Below are positions 15,501 to 30,549 of a stretch of DNA of 64,000 nucleotides, piece by piece. The notes beneath the pieces are model-generated. The model ran no database searches. It was given only the letters and a program-made list of their open reading frames with translations, and was not told the DNA's origin. Every line of letters begins with the position of its first letter. The stretch's first letter is position 1. The position numbers and the translations under genes were made by a program. Origin of the DNA: the human T2T-CHM13v2.0 reference genome, Homo sapiens; assembly GCF_009914755.1 (NCBI RefSeq), contig NC_060929.1. The stretch is one strand, 5' to 3'.

Positions 15501-16124
15501 TGATTTGTATAAATGACTTCGTAAATTATTTGCTCTCAATGTTGTACACTTTTTTATCTTTCACAGCTTCATTTTTCTCATATATTAAAAAGTGAAATAT
15601 TAATATCTACTTCCTAAATTCAATCTGTGTGATGTAAAGAAATGTATGTGTATACATCAGGGACTTTTAGTAGTCATGTTGCATATAAACCTCAATTCTT
15701 GTATTATGCTTTCTTTTTTTTATTTTATATATATTACATATACCAAATTATATGGGTTAATCTGGAATTATGAAAATTTCTAGCATATATTCTGGATTCT
15801 CAAAGTATTTAAAATCTAGGATGAATAAAAGGGATAAAGAACATTCAGAAATGATCAGAAAATCTGAATTTTTTAAATAAATGCAAAACAATGTCAATGA
15901 TATATCTTCTGTAAAGGATATTATGTTTATAAAAGTACATTTCAGTATGTTCTAAGTTTACTGGCAGAAAGTTTAAAGAAAACATGTCGCATGGCTCTAA
16001 TTATTAGAAACGACAGACCATACTAATGACTGTATTCATCATTTTTAAAAACCAAATTTTATGAAAACCAAAGCAATTGTTCAGGTATTTATGTAAAGAA
16101 CTAAAAAATAGTTGAGAAATATCA

Positions 16125-16356
16125 ATGCAAAGGCATAAGAATGACACAGTGGACTCTGGGGATTCGGGGGAAAGGGTGAGAAAGGGGTGAGGGATAAAAG
16201 ACTACAAATAGGGTGCAATGTATACTGCTCGGATAATGGGTGCACCAAAATCTCACAAATCATAATTGAAGAACTTATTTTTGTAACCAAACACTACCTG
16301 TTCCCCAATAACCTATGGAAATCTAAAAAATAATAATAAAAAATAGAAATAAAAAG
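16125..16356 (+). mobile_element. L1 3' end (L1PB/L1MA-type), 5'-truncated
   Basis: GCAAAGGCATAAGAATGACACAGTGGACT...GGGTGCACCAAAATCTCACAAATC...CCTATGGAAAT plus A-rich tail. Confidence 0.85.
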
Positions 16357-16592
16357 AGCAGGAGAAAGGAAGATGGAGGAAACCCTTATCCTCATTTGCA
16401 AAAACGTTGTTCACATCACTTCCAATCACATCTCAGTGCAGGAACTCAATCACAGAGCCAGAGTGCACTGCAGGCAAGTCTTAGGCTGCATGGCCATGGT
16501 CCTGCTACAATTCGTGCCCCTAGTCCTGACCGTTCCTTGCCCTCCCCTTCACACTAAGACAACCCTGTTCCCAGTATAACACATAATGTAGT

Positions 16593-16760
16593 ACAGACAT
16601 CCCTGGCATTCGACTTAAGATTTTCGACTTTGCAGTGGCGTGAAAGCAATACTCATTCAGTAGAGAATGTACTTGTGGTACTCATGGAACCCATCTGTGT
16701 TAACTTTCAGCACAGAATTCAATAAATTGCATGAGATATTCAACACTTCATTACAAAAAA
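16593..16760. mobile_element. TcMar-Tigger family fragment (MER47-like)
   Basis: TTCGACTTAAGATTTTCGACTTT...TTCAATAAATTGCATGAGATATTCAACACTT. Confidence 0.6.
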
Positions 16761-17297
16761 TATAGCTGAGAAATATTGAGATATTTATTTAAAGGACCAA
16801 ACAGATATCTATGTAAAGGATTGAACAATTATTTGAGCAATGTTCTCCCAATAAAAGGTAGATATAACCTCATATTAACTTATTTGGGATAATATAGTAT
16901 TTCAGAATATCTGTGGACAGAATATTGAAATTCATCCCAATGAAGACTGGTGCTACACATGGCTAAAGAAATGTCGTATAATCATATAGTTTTATAGTGA
17001 AACTAACTGATCCCAAGAATAAAAGTGGAGTGCCATTTGTCAGAGGCCGACTTGCTTACGTATTGTGTTTGATATTTCTTAAGGTAATAACTGGGTAAGG
17101 AAGTGCTTAATAATAGAAGAGAGGCTGTGAAGCCATAAGCAGACTGGATGATGTAAAGTTATATAAAATTATATTATTTGTGAGTGCCTAAAATGATAAT
17201 ACTTCGTAATGGGAAAGTGTCAAAAGGGTATGTGTATATCTTGGTAAAAATCTGAGCATGTGGTAAACTTAGCATATGCTAACAAAAGTTAAAAAGT

Positions 17298-17370
17298 CAT
17301 TAAAACATTAAACATTAAAACATTAAAACATTGATTGATTAAAACATTGATTAAAACATTAAAATATTGA
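17298..17370. repeat. Short tandem repeat, ~(CATTAAAA)n with TTGA variants
   Basis: Repeated ATTAAAAC units. Confidence 0.8.
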
Positions 17371-17449
17371 GCCTAGGTAATATTAAAATCTTAGTCAACT
17401 AACAGGAGAACACAAATGATTTTTTGCACTAGAATCCAAGAAGAAATTT

Positions 17450-18350
17450 TAAATTACTAGGCAAAATATGAGAGAAAACCAAAGACATATGCTCCAAGTA
17501 AAACCGGTTAACTTGACTTAACACTAGGCTCTTGAACAATAAATCCTCACCATACTGAATGGCTAATTATAGAAAATGAGCTTCTTGTATGTAGTATAGG
17601 GAGGAAACCAGTTTTCCACTTAACCAGCAAATAGACTGCCGTATTAAGACCCAAACATGAGAACTGCAAAAGTCAGAGGCCAAGTTCTCAGATACATTAG
17701 TATACATTTTAGTTCTAATCTATGAACTCTGAATCAGATGGTGGATTGAATAAAGCTATTCTTTGGGAAGTATTGAATCTATTAAGAGAAGAAAAAAACA
17801 ATAAATTCTCTCATTCCCAATAAGCACTCAAACAAGCTACCAAAAATTTGTGACGCATATATGAAAGCAAGAAAACCTAATAAAAAATGGATTATTCAAA
17901 CTAATAGACCTATAATAATTGCCACTGTATGAGTAGTTTTCTAATAAAGTTTCATAATCAGAAACAAGAAATGAATAAGGCACCTAGAATTAATTATGAA
18001 ACTAAAAATAATAGATATAAAATATACAAAGCAGAAATCTTAAAAAATGTGTATGTACTGACAAAAACCTCATAAGAAGTTATAGAAAGTAGATTAGATA
18101 CATTCAATGAGAGAATTACAGAATACAACTACTGATGGAAGAAACTAATCATAATAAGACAGAGAGAGAAAAGGAAATTGAAAATATAAGAGACAAGGTA
18201 AGAGATGTGGAGGGTAGAATCAAAAGTGTAAATATGCATCTGAAAAACAGCAACAGACAATAATGAAAGCATGAGAAAAAGACGCTATTCAAGAGCTAAT
18301 GGCTGGGAAGTATTCAGTATTGAGTAGAGACAAGAGTCATCAAAGTTTGT
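17450..18350 (+). mobile_element. Old L1 (L1M) 5'/ORF1-region remnant
   Basis: A-rich strand with ORF1-like phrases (AGAGATGTGGAGGGTAGAATCAAAAGTGTAAATATGCATCTGA...GAGCTAATGGCTGGGAAG). Confidence 0.5.
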
Positions 18351-18369
18351 AATGTAGAAATTAATGATT

Positions 18370-18632
18370 GCTGGCCCACCTATAATCCCACACTGGGAGG
18401 CCGAAGCAGCAGGATCCCTGAGGCCAGTATTTCAGTGCCAGCCTAGGCAACAAAGCAAGAACCCACTGCTACAGAAAATTTAAAAAGTAGTTGGGCATGG
18501 TAGCACATTCCTGTAGTTGCAGCTACATGGGAGACTAAGGTGGGAGGACTGCTTGAGTTCAGGGAGGTAGAGGCTGCACTGAGCCATGATCATGCCACTG
18601 CACTCCAGCCTGGGTGACAGAGCAAGACTCTG
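18370..18632 (+). mobile_element. Alu (AluJ-like)
   Basis: Diverged Alu dimer; GAAATTAAT on both flanks. Confidence 0.88.
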
Positions 18633-19209
18633 AAATTAATAACTGAGATTAAACTTAATTTAGTAAATTAGGCCATAGATTTTAATGCAAAGATCCAAGA
18701 TAAATTAAATCTTCAATTGTAAATGTCTCTTAAGAGTTTTTCAATGTGAAAGTAAATGTAATGGTAATAGTGCAAATAATTATATTGTCAAACCCTCCTA
18801 AGATTTTATAAAATGTTAGAAAAACTCAGACTTGAAGTCACTAACAAACAGTATGATTACTGAGAAGAGTAAGCTATTCATAGAAGTTCAATAGGCTCCA
18901 CGATAAAAACTAACAATTGAGAAGACCCTCAGTATAAAATTTCAACTTAAAAATCATCTTACGGTTTGTGTGGAAATAAAAGAATGCACAAGAAAAATAA
19001 TATACTGACTGGGAGATATATTCTTTTTAAAATCAGTTATTGTTTTCTTCTCTTACTTAACTAAAAGTATCCTTTACAAATGCATACTTTTCTAATGAGG
19101 GGGACTAAAAGATCTATAATCACATCACCATAATTATTGAGGTAAAAAATAAGCTGCAGCTCTAATAATGCAAATTCAAAAGCAATTTATACATAATTAA
19201 AATACAACA

Positions 19210-19555
<346 letters not shown>

Positions 19556-20187
19556 TTATAAAAGAACTTTTGTTCTATATTTTGACGAATTTTATTTCTA
19601 TAATTTTAAATTTTTATCAATAAAAATAATACCACATATTTGTATTAGAAGGTATTGTCCAACTGCTAGATGTGATTTACAGGCTCAATGATACGTAACT
19701 CAACATACTGCTGACCAATTTGTTTTCACAGGCTGCAAACACTAATTAAGACATAGCATTATTAAGAAGTATAAGTGAAGGAGAAAAACAAAGCTATTTC
19801 CTTTACCACAATGTGTTAATTTAGTATTTGAGTATGAACAAGTTTATGAAAGCAAATTAATGAAACTACTGAAGTTTGGAAACATGTTTTCTAGGAGGTT
19901 TATTTGACTCTAATTCTAGTTTTGATATTTATTACAGTATAATCTTAATAATTGCTGAGTAGTAAAATGGAGTTACTAATGTTTACCTCTCAGGAATAAT
20001 TTAGGGTCAATGTTATAGAATAATAATGCACATTTTTAAAAATGGTGCATGATAGTCATATGAGGGCTGACTACCAATTAGGCATTTTCTATGTGAGAGG
20101 GATAAAGAATATATTTAGACTGTGTACAAAATGAAAAATGTATTACATATTTTTAGGAGATTAGCTGCAACAGTAATCAATATCATG

Positions 20188-20618
20188 TGTTAAGATAATG
20201 AATTATGTTTGTCTCAAAGCACCTCTGTACCTGGGTAATAAAATTTGACCCAAAGTGGCCTCCTAATACAGCTTGATGGGTCAGCAAGTCATAACCTAAC
20301 CTGAGTGTACCCTTGTAATCAAGAAACTGAGTCTCATCCAATCACAGTAGCTGATATATCAGCCAATCCCAGGCTGAAAGCTGCCAGATTATGCCCAAAT
20401 AAGGCAAAGGCTGAATTGCACCTATTAGGTCATCTTTTTATGTCATTTTCTGTTTTTCTTGTTTTAAATACAGCTCACCATGTTGTCAGCGGGGGCATTC
20501 TAACCCATCTTTGGTCTGAAATGCTGCCCAGTTCTGGAACCATTTTATTGCTCAAATGAACTTTGTAAAATTTAGTTGGTCTTGGATTTGAACTTTTTTT
20601 TTGTTTTTTTCTAAAACA
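20188..20618 (+). mobile_element. 5' LTR of ERV1 provirus (MER57-like)
   Basis: TG...CA ends; homologous to 30550-30982; AAGGCAAAGGCTGAATTGCACC and GCTCAAATGAACTTTGTAAAATTT resemble MER57. Confidence 0.8.
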
Positions 20619-21448
20619 GATTGAGGTGGAGAACTGCATCCACAGTAGAACTTCCAGCAACTCTCAGGAGCAACTAGCAACCACTTTAGGTACCTGCCAG
20701 TGCCCACTGAGCCCCATGATCTCTCCAGGTGTGGCTAAGGTCTCTCTCTCTGATCCTGAGCCCCACTAATTTTGTGTTTTGAGGTCTCTGAGGTTATTTG
20801 AGAAATCCTTGTATCCTTTTTTTCTCATTGTCTTTTTTTATTTTCTTTTTCATACTTTACTGAATTAGATTCAGTTAAGAGGCATTGGATGTCTTAGTGG
20901 GTTTGACCAAAGCTCAACTGTGTTTAAAATCAAGTTGGATACAACAGTTAACTGGATTTGATCCAGATAAGGGCCTTGATTCATTATTTTTTATGTTTTC
21001 GGCTTTTCAACCTAGGATTTTGAGCTGTGAAGGAGTATTTAGCCTTTAAAGTCATGGCAGAAAGAGTACTGGATCCTTTAGGGGGAGGCCTCCGTCTGAT
21101 TGGACCAGAAAGAAGTGAAGTGGGCTCAGTAGTTATAAGAACACAGGGAATCATGGCTTTATCAGGCTCCAGGGAGTCTAGAACTCCTCCACCTGGAACT
21201 CCAGGCAATTTTATGTGTAAGATCGATAAGCCCAGGACCTGTGCCTTTTTAGAAATGAATGAAACTTACCAAAATTAATATAAAATTTCAATAGCCACAG
21301 TGGGTAAGTTTTAATTCGTATAAAATTGCTTATTTAAGAAGTATATTAGAAAGGGATGGATTAAGAAAATCACAAGAACAATGGGATTCAATTTTTAATT
21401 GACAGGCAGAGACATCTAAGAGATGAAATGAATCAAGAATTACCTCCA

Positions 21449-24400
21449 TTTGTTTGTGTCATCTCTAATTTCTTTGAGCAGAATTTTGTAATTCTGGCTA
21501 TAGAGATCTTTCACCTCCCTGGTTAGCTGCATTCCTGGGTATTTTTTTTGTGTGTGTGGCTATTGTAAAAAGATTTCATTCCTGAGTTGTCTCTTGCCTT
21601 GACTGTTTTTGATATAGGAATGCTAGTGATTTTTGTACACTGATTGTGTGTCCCAAGAGTTTGCTGAAGTTGTTTATAAGCTTAAAGAGCTTTGGGGCCA
21701 AGACTATGGGGTTTTCTATATATAAGATTATGTCATCTCCCGATAGGGATAGTTTGACTTCCTCTCTTCCTATTTGGATGCCCTGTATTTCTTTATCTTG
21801 CCTGATTGTGCTGGCCCGGACTTCCAATACTATGTTGAATAGGAGTGGTAAGAGAGAGTATACTTGCCTTGTGCTGGTTTTCAAGGAAAATGCTTCCAGC
21901 TTTTGCCCATTCAGTATGATGTTGGCCATGGGTTTTTCACAGATGGTTCTTATTCTGAGGTATGTTCCTTCAACATCTAGTTTATTGAGAGTTTTTAAGG
22001 TGAAGGGGTGCTGAACTCATTGAAAACCTTTTCTGCATCTATTGAGATGATCATGTGGTTGTCTTTAGTGCTGTTTATGTGATGAATCACATTTATTGAT
22101 TTATGTTAAACCAACCTGATATTCCAGAAATAAAGCCTACTTGATCATGGTGAATAAGATTTTTTTGATGTGCTGCTGGATTCATTTTGCCAATATTTTG
22201 TTGAGGATTTTTGCATCGATGTTCATCAAGGATATTGACCTGAATTTTTCGTTATATCTCTACCAAGTTTTGGTATCAGGATGATACTGGCCTCATAGAA
22301 TGAGTTAAGGAGGAGTCGAGTCCATCCTTCTCAATTTTTGGAATAGTTTTAGTAGGAATAGTACCAGATGGACAGGATCTCGGCTCACTGCAAACTCCAC
22401 CTCCAAGATTCAAGCAGCTCTCCTGCCTCAGCCTCTAGAATAGCTGGGATTACAGGTTCCCGATACCATGCCCAGCTAATTTTTGTATTTTTAGTAGGGA
22501 AGGAGTTTCACCATGTTGGCCAGGCTGGTCTCAAACTCCTGACCTCAAGCGATCCTCCCACCTCAGCCTCTCGAAGTCCTAGGATTACAGGTGTGAGCCA
22601 CTGCACCCGGCCAGTACCAGATCTTCTCTGTATATTTGATAGAATTTGGCCTTGAAGCCAAAATCTGGCCAAGGCCTTTTGTTTGTTTGTTTGTTTGTAT
22701 GCTATTTATTACTCATTAAATTTTGAAGCTTATTATTGGTCTGTTCAGGGTTTCAATTTCTTCTTGGTTCAGTCTTGGGAGAGTGTATGTGTCTAGGAGT
22801 TTGTCTGTGTCTTCTAGGTTTTCTAGTTTGCACATATAGAAGTGATAGAAGTGTTCTCAGTAGTCTCTGATGGTTATTTATATTTCTCTGGGATTAGTGG
22901 TAATATCTTCTGTCATTTCTGATTGTGTTTATTTGGATTTTCTCTCTTTTCTTCTTTGTTAGTCTAGCTAGTGGCCCATCTGTCATATTATTTTTTCAAA
23001 AACTATCTCCTTGATTTGCTGGGTTTTTTAATGGGTTTGCATGTCTTGATCTCCTTCAGTTCAGCTCTGATTTTGGTTATTTCTTGTCTTCTGTTAGCTT
23101 TGGGGTTTATTTGTTCTTGCTTCTCTAGTTCTTTTAATTATGATGTTAGGTTGTTATTTGAGATTTTGCTAACTTTTTGATATGAGCTTTTAGTGCTATA
23201 AATTTCCCTCTTAATATTGCCTTAGCTGTATCCCAGGGATCCTGATATGTTGTATATTTGTTCTCATTAGTTTCAAAGAACTTCTAGATTTTTGCATTAA
23301 TTTTATTATTTACCCAAAAGTCATTAAGGAGCAGGTTGTTTAATCTCCATGTAGTTGCCTGGTTTTGCATGACTTTTTTCTTAGTCTTTATTTCTATTTT
23401 TATTGTGCTGTGGTCCATGAGTATGTTTGGTAGGATTTCAGTTCTTTTGTATTTGCTCAATTTGTATTTACGTCTAATTGTATGGTCAGCTTTAGAGTAT
23501 GTGCCATATGATGATGAGGAGAATCTATATCTGCTGATTTGAGGCCAGTGTTCTGTAGAAGTCCATCAGTTCAATTTGATCTAATGTTGAGTTCAGATCC
23601 TAAACATATTTGTTAATGTTCTGCCTTGATGATCTGTCTAATGCTGTCAGTGGAGTGTTGACATCTCCCATTATTATTTTGTGGGAGTCTAAGTCTCTTT
23701 GAAAGTCTCTAAAAACTCGCTTTATGAATCTGTGTGCTAATAGATAGGAAGTATCAATAACATAAAAATGGCCTTACTGCCTAAAGCAATTTACAGATTC
23801 AATGCTATTCCTATCAAACTACCAATGACATACTTCACGACCTAAAGAAAAAATATGTGCTAAAATTCATATAGAACCAAAAAAATGTGACTGAATAGCC
23901 AAGGCAATCCTAAGGAAAAAGAACAAAACTGGAGGCATCATGTTACCTGACTTCCAACTATACTATGGGGCTACAGAAACCAAAATAGCATGGTACTGGT
24001 ACAAAACCAGATACATAGACCAATGAAATAGAATTGAAAGCCCAGTGATAAGGCCACACACCTGCAACCATCTGATCTTTGACAAAGCTGACAAATACAA
24101 GCAATGGAGAAAGGACTCCCTATTCAATAAATGGTACTGTGATAACTTTCTAGCCATATGCAGAAGATTGAAACTGAATTCCTTCCTTGTACCATACACT
24201 AAATCAACTCAAGATGGATTAAAGACTTGAATGCAAAGCCCAAAATTATAAAAACTCTGGAGGTCAAACTAAGCAGTACCATTCTGGACATAGTAGTGGG
24301 CCAAAATTTCATGATGAAGATGCCAAAAGCAATTGCAACAAAAGCAAAAATTGACAAAGGAGATCTAAGTAAGATATGCTGCACAACAAAAGAAACAGAG

Positions 24401-25385
24401 TAAACAGACAACCAACAGAATGGGAGAAAATATTTACAAACTATGCATCTCACAAAGATCTAATATAAACAATTTTACAAGAAGATAGACAAATTTACAA
24501 GAAGAAAACAAGTTTACAAGAAGAAAACAAACAACTGTATTAAAAAGCGGGCAAAGGGCATGACAGAAACTTTTCAAAAGGAGACATGCAATCGGCTCAA
24601 ATAGCAGAGCTTGCTTGGAAATATTATGAAAAGAAGCTCAATATCACTGATTATTAGAGAAACACAAATCAAAACAACAATGACCTACCATCTCGCACCA
24701 GTAAGAATGGTTTTTATTAAAACGTCAAAAAATAACATATGCTGGTGAGGTTGCAGAGAAAAGGAAACATTTATACACAGTAGGAGTGTAAATTAGTTCA
24801 ACCATTGTGGAAAGCTGTGTGGCAATTCCTCAAAGAGAGAAATACAGAACTACTATTTGACCCAGCAACCCCCATTACTGGGTATATACCCAAAGGATTA
24901 TAAGTCGTTCATGCACACGTTATGTTCATTGCAGAACTATTGACATAGCAAAGACATGAAATCAACCTAAATGCTCATCAATGTTAGACTGAATAAAGAA
25001 AATTGTTACATATACACTATGGAATACCGTGCAGCCATAACAAAGGATGAGATTATGTCCTTTGCAGGAACATGGATTAAGCTGGAGGCCATTATCCTTG
25101 GCAAATGAATGCAAGAACAGAAAACTAAATATCTCATGTTCTCTCTTATAAGTGGGAATTAAATGATGAGAACATATGGACACAAAGAGGGGAACAACAG
25201 ACACTGGGACCTACTTGAGGGTGGATGGTGGGATGGAGAGGAACAGAAAAAATGACTAGTGGGTGCTAGACTTACTACCTAGGTGACGAAATAATCAGTA
25301 TAACAAACCCCTGTGACATGAGTTTACATATATAACAAACGTGCACATGTACCACTTAACCTAAAATAAAAGTTAAAAAAAAATT
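21449..25385 (+). mobile_element. L1PA (older, ~PA13-16-like) with 5' inversion: 21449-23737 antisense, 23738-25385 sense
   Basis: ORF2 peptide on minus ([13 protein letters not shown]...[17 protein letters not shown]) and on plus ([24 protein letters not shown]); 3'UTR and poly-A; flanks AATTACCTC/AATTTCCTC. Confidence 0.93.
22370..22612 (-). mobile_element. 3'-truncated, tailless AluS inside L1
   Basis: Alu from its 5' GGCC to GAGATCCTGTCC; perfect TSD AGTACCAGAT at 22360-22369 and 22613-22622. Confidence 0.9.
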
Positions 25386-25565
25386 AATTTCCTCGATACA
25401 GAAAGCAAACAAGCATTTTATAGCTACAATAACTAAAAGATCAAAGAGGACCTCCTTGTATAGATTTTAAACCAAAAGCAAAAGCTCCTAAAGAAATCTC
25501 TTCCTGTTCCCAAAGATGTCTTCCTGTACTGCAAACAGCCAGGCCATTGGAAAATAAATTATCCC

Positions 25566-25878
25566 TCTTTTTTGTTGTTGTTTTCTTCTTTTTTTTTTTG
25601 ACACAGGGTCTCTCTCTGTCACAGAGGGTGGAGTGCAGTGACACCATCATGGTGAGGTCTGCAACCTCAGCATCCTGGATCCTCCTGCCTTAGCCTAGTT
25701 GAGTAGCTGGGACCGCAGACCCATACCACTACACCAACTAATTTTTTTGTTTTTATTTTTTATAGAGACGAGGTCTCTGTGTTGCCCAGGCTGGTCTTGA
25801 ACTCATGGACTCAACTGAACCTCATGCTCTGGACTCCCAAAGTGCTGGCATAATAGGTCTGAGGCACTGGGCCTGGCC
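25566..25878 (-). mobile_element. Alu (AluJ-like)
   Basis: Diverged reverse Alu dimer with T-rich tail. Confidence 0.88.
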
Positions 25879-27704
25879 AACTGTCCACTTTTATACCAGC
25901 ATTGTTTTCCCATGAAAAGAAGTCCCCAAAGGCCCTTCCTGATGTTTTTCCCCTTTATCTTTCATTTGATTCTGCTTCTCCCATGGGAATCCTTCAGTCA
26001 CCGAAACCTCTTTTTCAAACCCTTGCGGCCACCTCTCTTGTCATAATCTTTGCTATGCCCCAAAATTCTTTATTGGTAAGAACTGCTGAAAACCTTTTAT
26101 ATTCAATTTCCAATTCCTTAAGTTATTCTGCAGAAAATTGATTGGTCCATATATGGTTTTGTAGACAAAGGAATGATGAGCAAGTTTCACATAGCAGAGC
26201 TTGTTTAGAAATATTGTGAAACATTCTGAGCGCAAAATACAACAAGAATATTTCCTACCTGTACTGAAACGATATTAACTTATAACCTGCAATTAGACCC
26301 AGTAGTGAAGGCATAACCTAATTGTTTTACAGCAGTAGAAGCAACAATCAAATTAGTAGAGTTCTCGTCTGAGCTAGTTTTAGAGAATGAACTTTTCTCG
26401 TATGATCCACGTGTTGTGGAAAAGTCTGATTGAACTAGTTAAACTCAGTATCTTTTGGCAAGTAGACTAACATCTTATGAAAACTTTATTTTGTCTTCTA
26501 ATATCTATCTAAAACATTGCAACTTACTTACCCCTGCTACTCAGCTTCCTCTGCAGGATTCAGGTGAAGACTGCATTGTGGTGTGTGAATGTGTAATAGT
26601 ATCAAAATTAGTGACCCCCTGTCTTGATTTACAAGATACTGCATTGAAGAATTGTTAGTTAATACCTTCTGTTGATGGGTTTTATGCCAAAAACTCAGAA
26701 AAAAGAATTAAGTAAGGTATGCTGTTAATATCCAAACCACATAACAAACGTGACCTTTAAGGTATTTTTCCTTGTCGTCCTGTCTTAACTGGGCCTTTAC
26801 ATACAGTCTCGTTTTTTGGCTTAGGCTAGCGATGGAATTTGAACCTGATAACTCAGATCTGTGTCTTTTAGATGTTAATTTTCTACCTTGCCTTCTTTAG
26901 GACCTGAAAACTCTCCTTTTAAAATCAGAATTAGAGAGATAACTTTAGAAAAAGAAGAAGAAAAAAAGATATTTTAAAATTAAGGCAATAACAAATCTAA
27001 AAGTCTTTTCCACAAATATTAGTAAAAAGCTTTAGCCATTTGGGAAGGAACTATTATTCAATTGACCAGAAAAACAATGTTGATCCAGATTTTGTTTTTA
27101 AAGATTAGTGAGCTTGTATTATTGTACCTGGCATGCAGCTAAAGTTGTACAAAAAAAGCTATAAGATCTGTTTGTCTATATATTTGTCTGTCTTCATTTA
27201 TAATATATATGTTTGATTACTTTTCTGTCTTTTAATGGTATTGGCAAACTAAATTTTAGGTGAATTTAATTGGTTTATAAAAATAAACTACTATCTCAAC
27301 AAAATTAAGCACTGACCTAAATATTTTTTCCACTTCACATGACTTGAGTAATCTTTGTTAAATAAGAATATTGTTGCTTTGATTAAGATAAACATGCCTT
27401 TAGAGTTTTTAGCATTATATTTGTTAGCAGTGGAATGTATCTGAGTCATGTGGCACCACAGTATGTTACTGGCCATGAATCCTTATGGGCTTGCAGCAAC
27501 CTCAATTCCTGCCTCCTCAGAAGAAACAATTCCACCTAAGGGCACAAGGCAAAAGTAGAGAAGGCAAGTTTTAGAGCAAGAGTGAAAGTTTATTTAAAAA
27601 CTTTACAGCAGGAATGAAAGGAAGTAAATTCCCCTCAGAAGAGGGCCAAGTGGGCAACTTGAGAGATCAAGTGGGCAATTTGACCTTTTGGCTTGTGTTT
27701 CTTA

Positions 27705-28362
<658 letters not shown>

Positions 28363-28855
28363 CTGGCTTGGGGTTTTATCTGTTGGCATGCTTCTGGGGT
28401 CTTGCATTCCTTCTCCACTGACTCTTCCTTTGGAGTGGGTTTTCATATGCTCAGTGACCCGCCAGCACTTGGGAGGGGCCGCGTGCACAGTGTGTTTACT
28501 AGAGTTGTATGAATGCTCACTTGACACATTCTTTCTGTACCAGTTGAATCTCCCTAGAAGGTCACATACCAGTTAAACTCTGCTGTTTTTCCTCTTAATG
28601 TACATGCTTGAGCCCATTTGCGCAACTCCTGAGATCTTATCAGGAAGTTGTTGATCAAAAGTTTTTAGGTTTTTTTCTATCTATCTACTGGGGGACTGCT
28701 CCGTGTTGTTAGCTGTGACCAATTATCATTTTGGAGGAATCATGTAACAACCACTTGATGATCACCTGATGGTCTCCTGACATTCCTGGTGGGTGGTGAT
28801 GGTGATGGGGTCTCCTACCCTGCTGAGGTCTGTCTGACTACCTACTGTAACATAT

Positions 28856-29223
28856 TGATACAGTTTGTCTCTGTGTCCCCATCCAAATCTCATCTTGACT
28901 TTTACTCCCATAATTCCCACATATTGTGGGAGGGACCTCATAGGAGATCATTGAATCATGGGGGGTGGCTTCCCTCATGCAGTCCTTGTGGTAGTGAATA
29001 GGTCTCATGAAATCTGATGGCTTTATAAGGGGTTTCTGCTTTTGCTTCTCTCTCTTTGCCTGCCACCTTCCATGTAAGATGTTAATTGCTCCTCCTTGCC
29101 TTCTGCCATGATTGTGAGGCCTCCCCATCCATGTGGAACTGTGAGTCCATTAAACTTGTTTATTTTGTAAATTGCTCCGTTTCACATATGTCTTTACCAG
29201 CAGCGTGAAAATGGTCTAATACA
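28856..29223 (+). mobile_element. MaLR solo LTR (THE1-like)
   Basis: TGATACAGTTTG...CCAAATCTCATCTTG...GGTCTAATACA; 5-bp TSD CATAT. Confidence 0.9.
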
Positions 29224-30549
29224 CATATCTAATGCAGGTACATGAATTTTCTTACCTAGATTTGCTAATAAAATAAGCTTATATATTACAAAACTTCTTA
29301 GTGAGAAGAATGATTTTGCATGATGGCTGTTTAATGTTTTGTCTTTTTTTAATGCAATTCAGGCATAATTATTAAGAGTTAACGAAGTAAGTAGATGTAA
29401 TTAAGAGAAAATTTCCATGTGGAAGATGTTTTTTTCTAAAAAGAAGGTTTTTAACATTGTTATCACCAAGAATGGAAAGTTAAGACTGAGGTCAATTTAT
29501 ATAAACAACAATTTAGTTCTTTAGCGTAGCCAATGAAACCTAAGAAGATAAAAGTATTTTTGCCTCCTCCACAGATTTTATTACAGATAGACTAAAAATA
29601 CTTTGGAGGGTTATTAAAAATACTTGAGAAATTATGACTGATACATTTGCCAATCTACAGATTTCTGCTGTGACAGTTCACAATTGTGTGCTTCTTGGAA
29701 TTCACTGAAAATTAAGGTTGATATAAGTTAAGAATTGTAATTAATGTGTGTAACTAAAATTAATAGAAATAATAAGAAAGAAAAAGTCTGTATGCAAGTA
29801 CACAGGAAAGGTAAAACGTGCCTTTGATAAAGAAAGGCTAAGTTGCAAGGATATTTTTCGTTTCATCGAGAGGAAAAGAAGACAAATTTGTAACCTAAAG
29901 TAGAATGACTGAATTGTTTCAGAATGGGAAGAGAAGTATAGAACAAAACTGAATGGATAAGAAAGTTGTAGAAAGTTTATGGAAGATGAGTCTTGTAAAA
30001 ACGACTTTATATGTGATCACCCTGGCTAAGATTGGAGGTTTATAAATTTTCCTAAGAAATTGAACATTAATATCAAAAATACACTGATGATGAAAATTTT
30101 GGAAATACGATCATACCATTAGACCAGGTAAGAATTCCCAGAACTCTACTGAATAAACTGTTTGTGTCTCTAAAACTGCTAACCACAACATCAGGCAGAG
30201 TAAAAATTAACTGAATACCAAGAAAATGCCTTGGCAGATTTTTATGCCAAGTCAGCTAGCACTGAAATGTTTGGAATATACAGTTCAAATGAACTTCATA
30301 AGATTTGTCCAAGTCAATTTCCTGATGCTGATATTTAATAAACTGTGCAATGCAATGAATTCAGTAAAGCAGAGTTAGCATCTGAAAGGATGTAAATTCA
30401 ATGTTGCCCATGGAATCACAAAGGGCCTGCTCAGCCTGGTTCCCCTGAGATTTTGAAGCTTCCCCTGTTAAAAGCCTTGCACCCCAGAACTCATCATGGG
30501 ATAGGCAAGATGATCCAAATTATGAAAAAGATGACCAAAAGGGGGAGAC

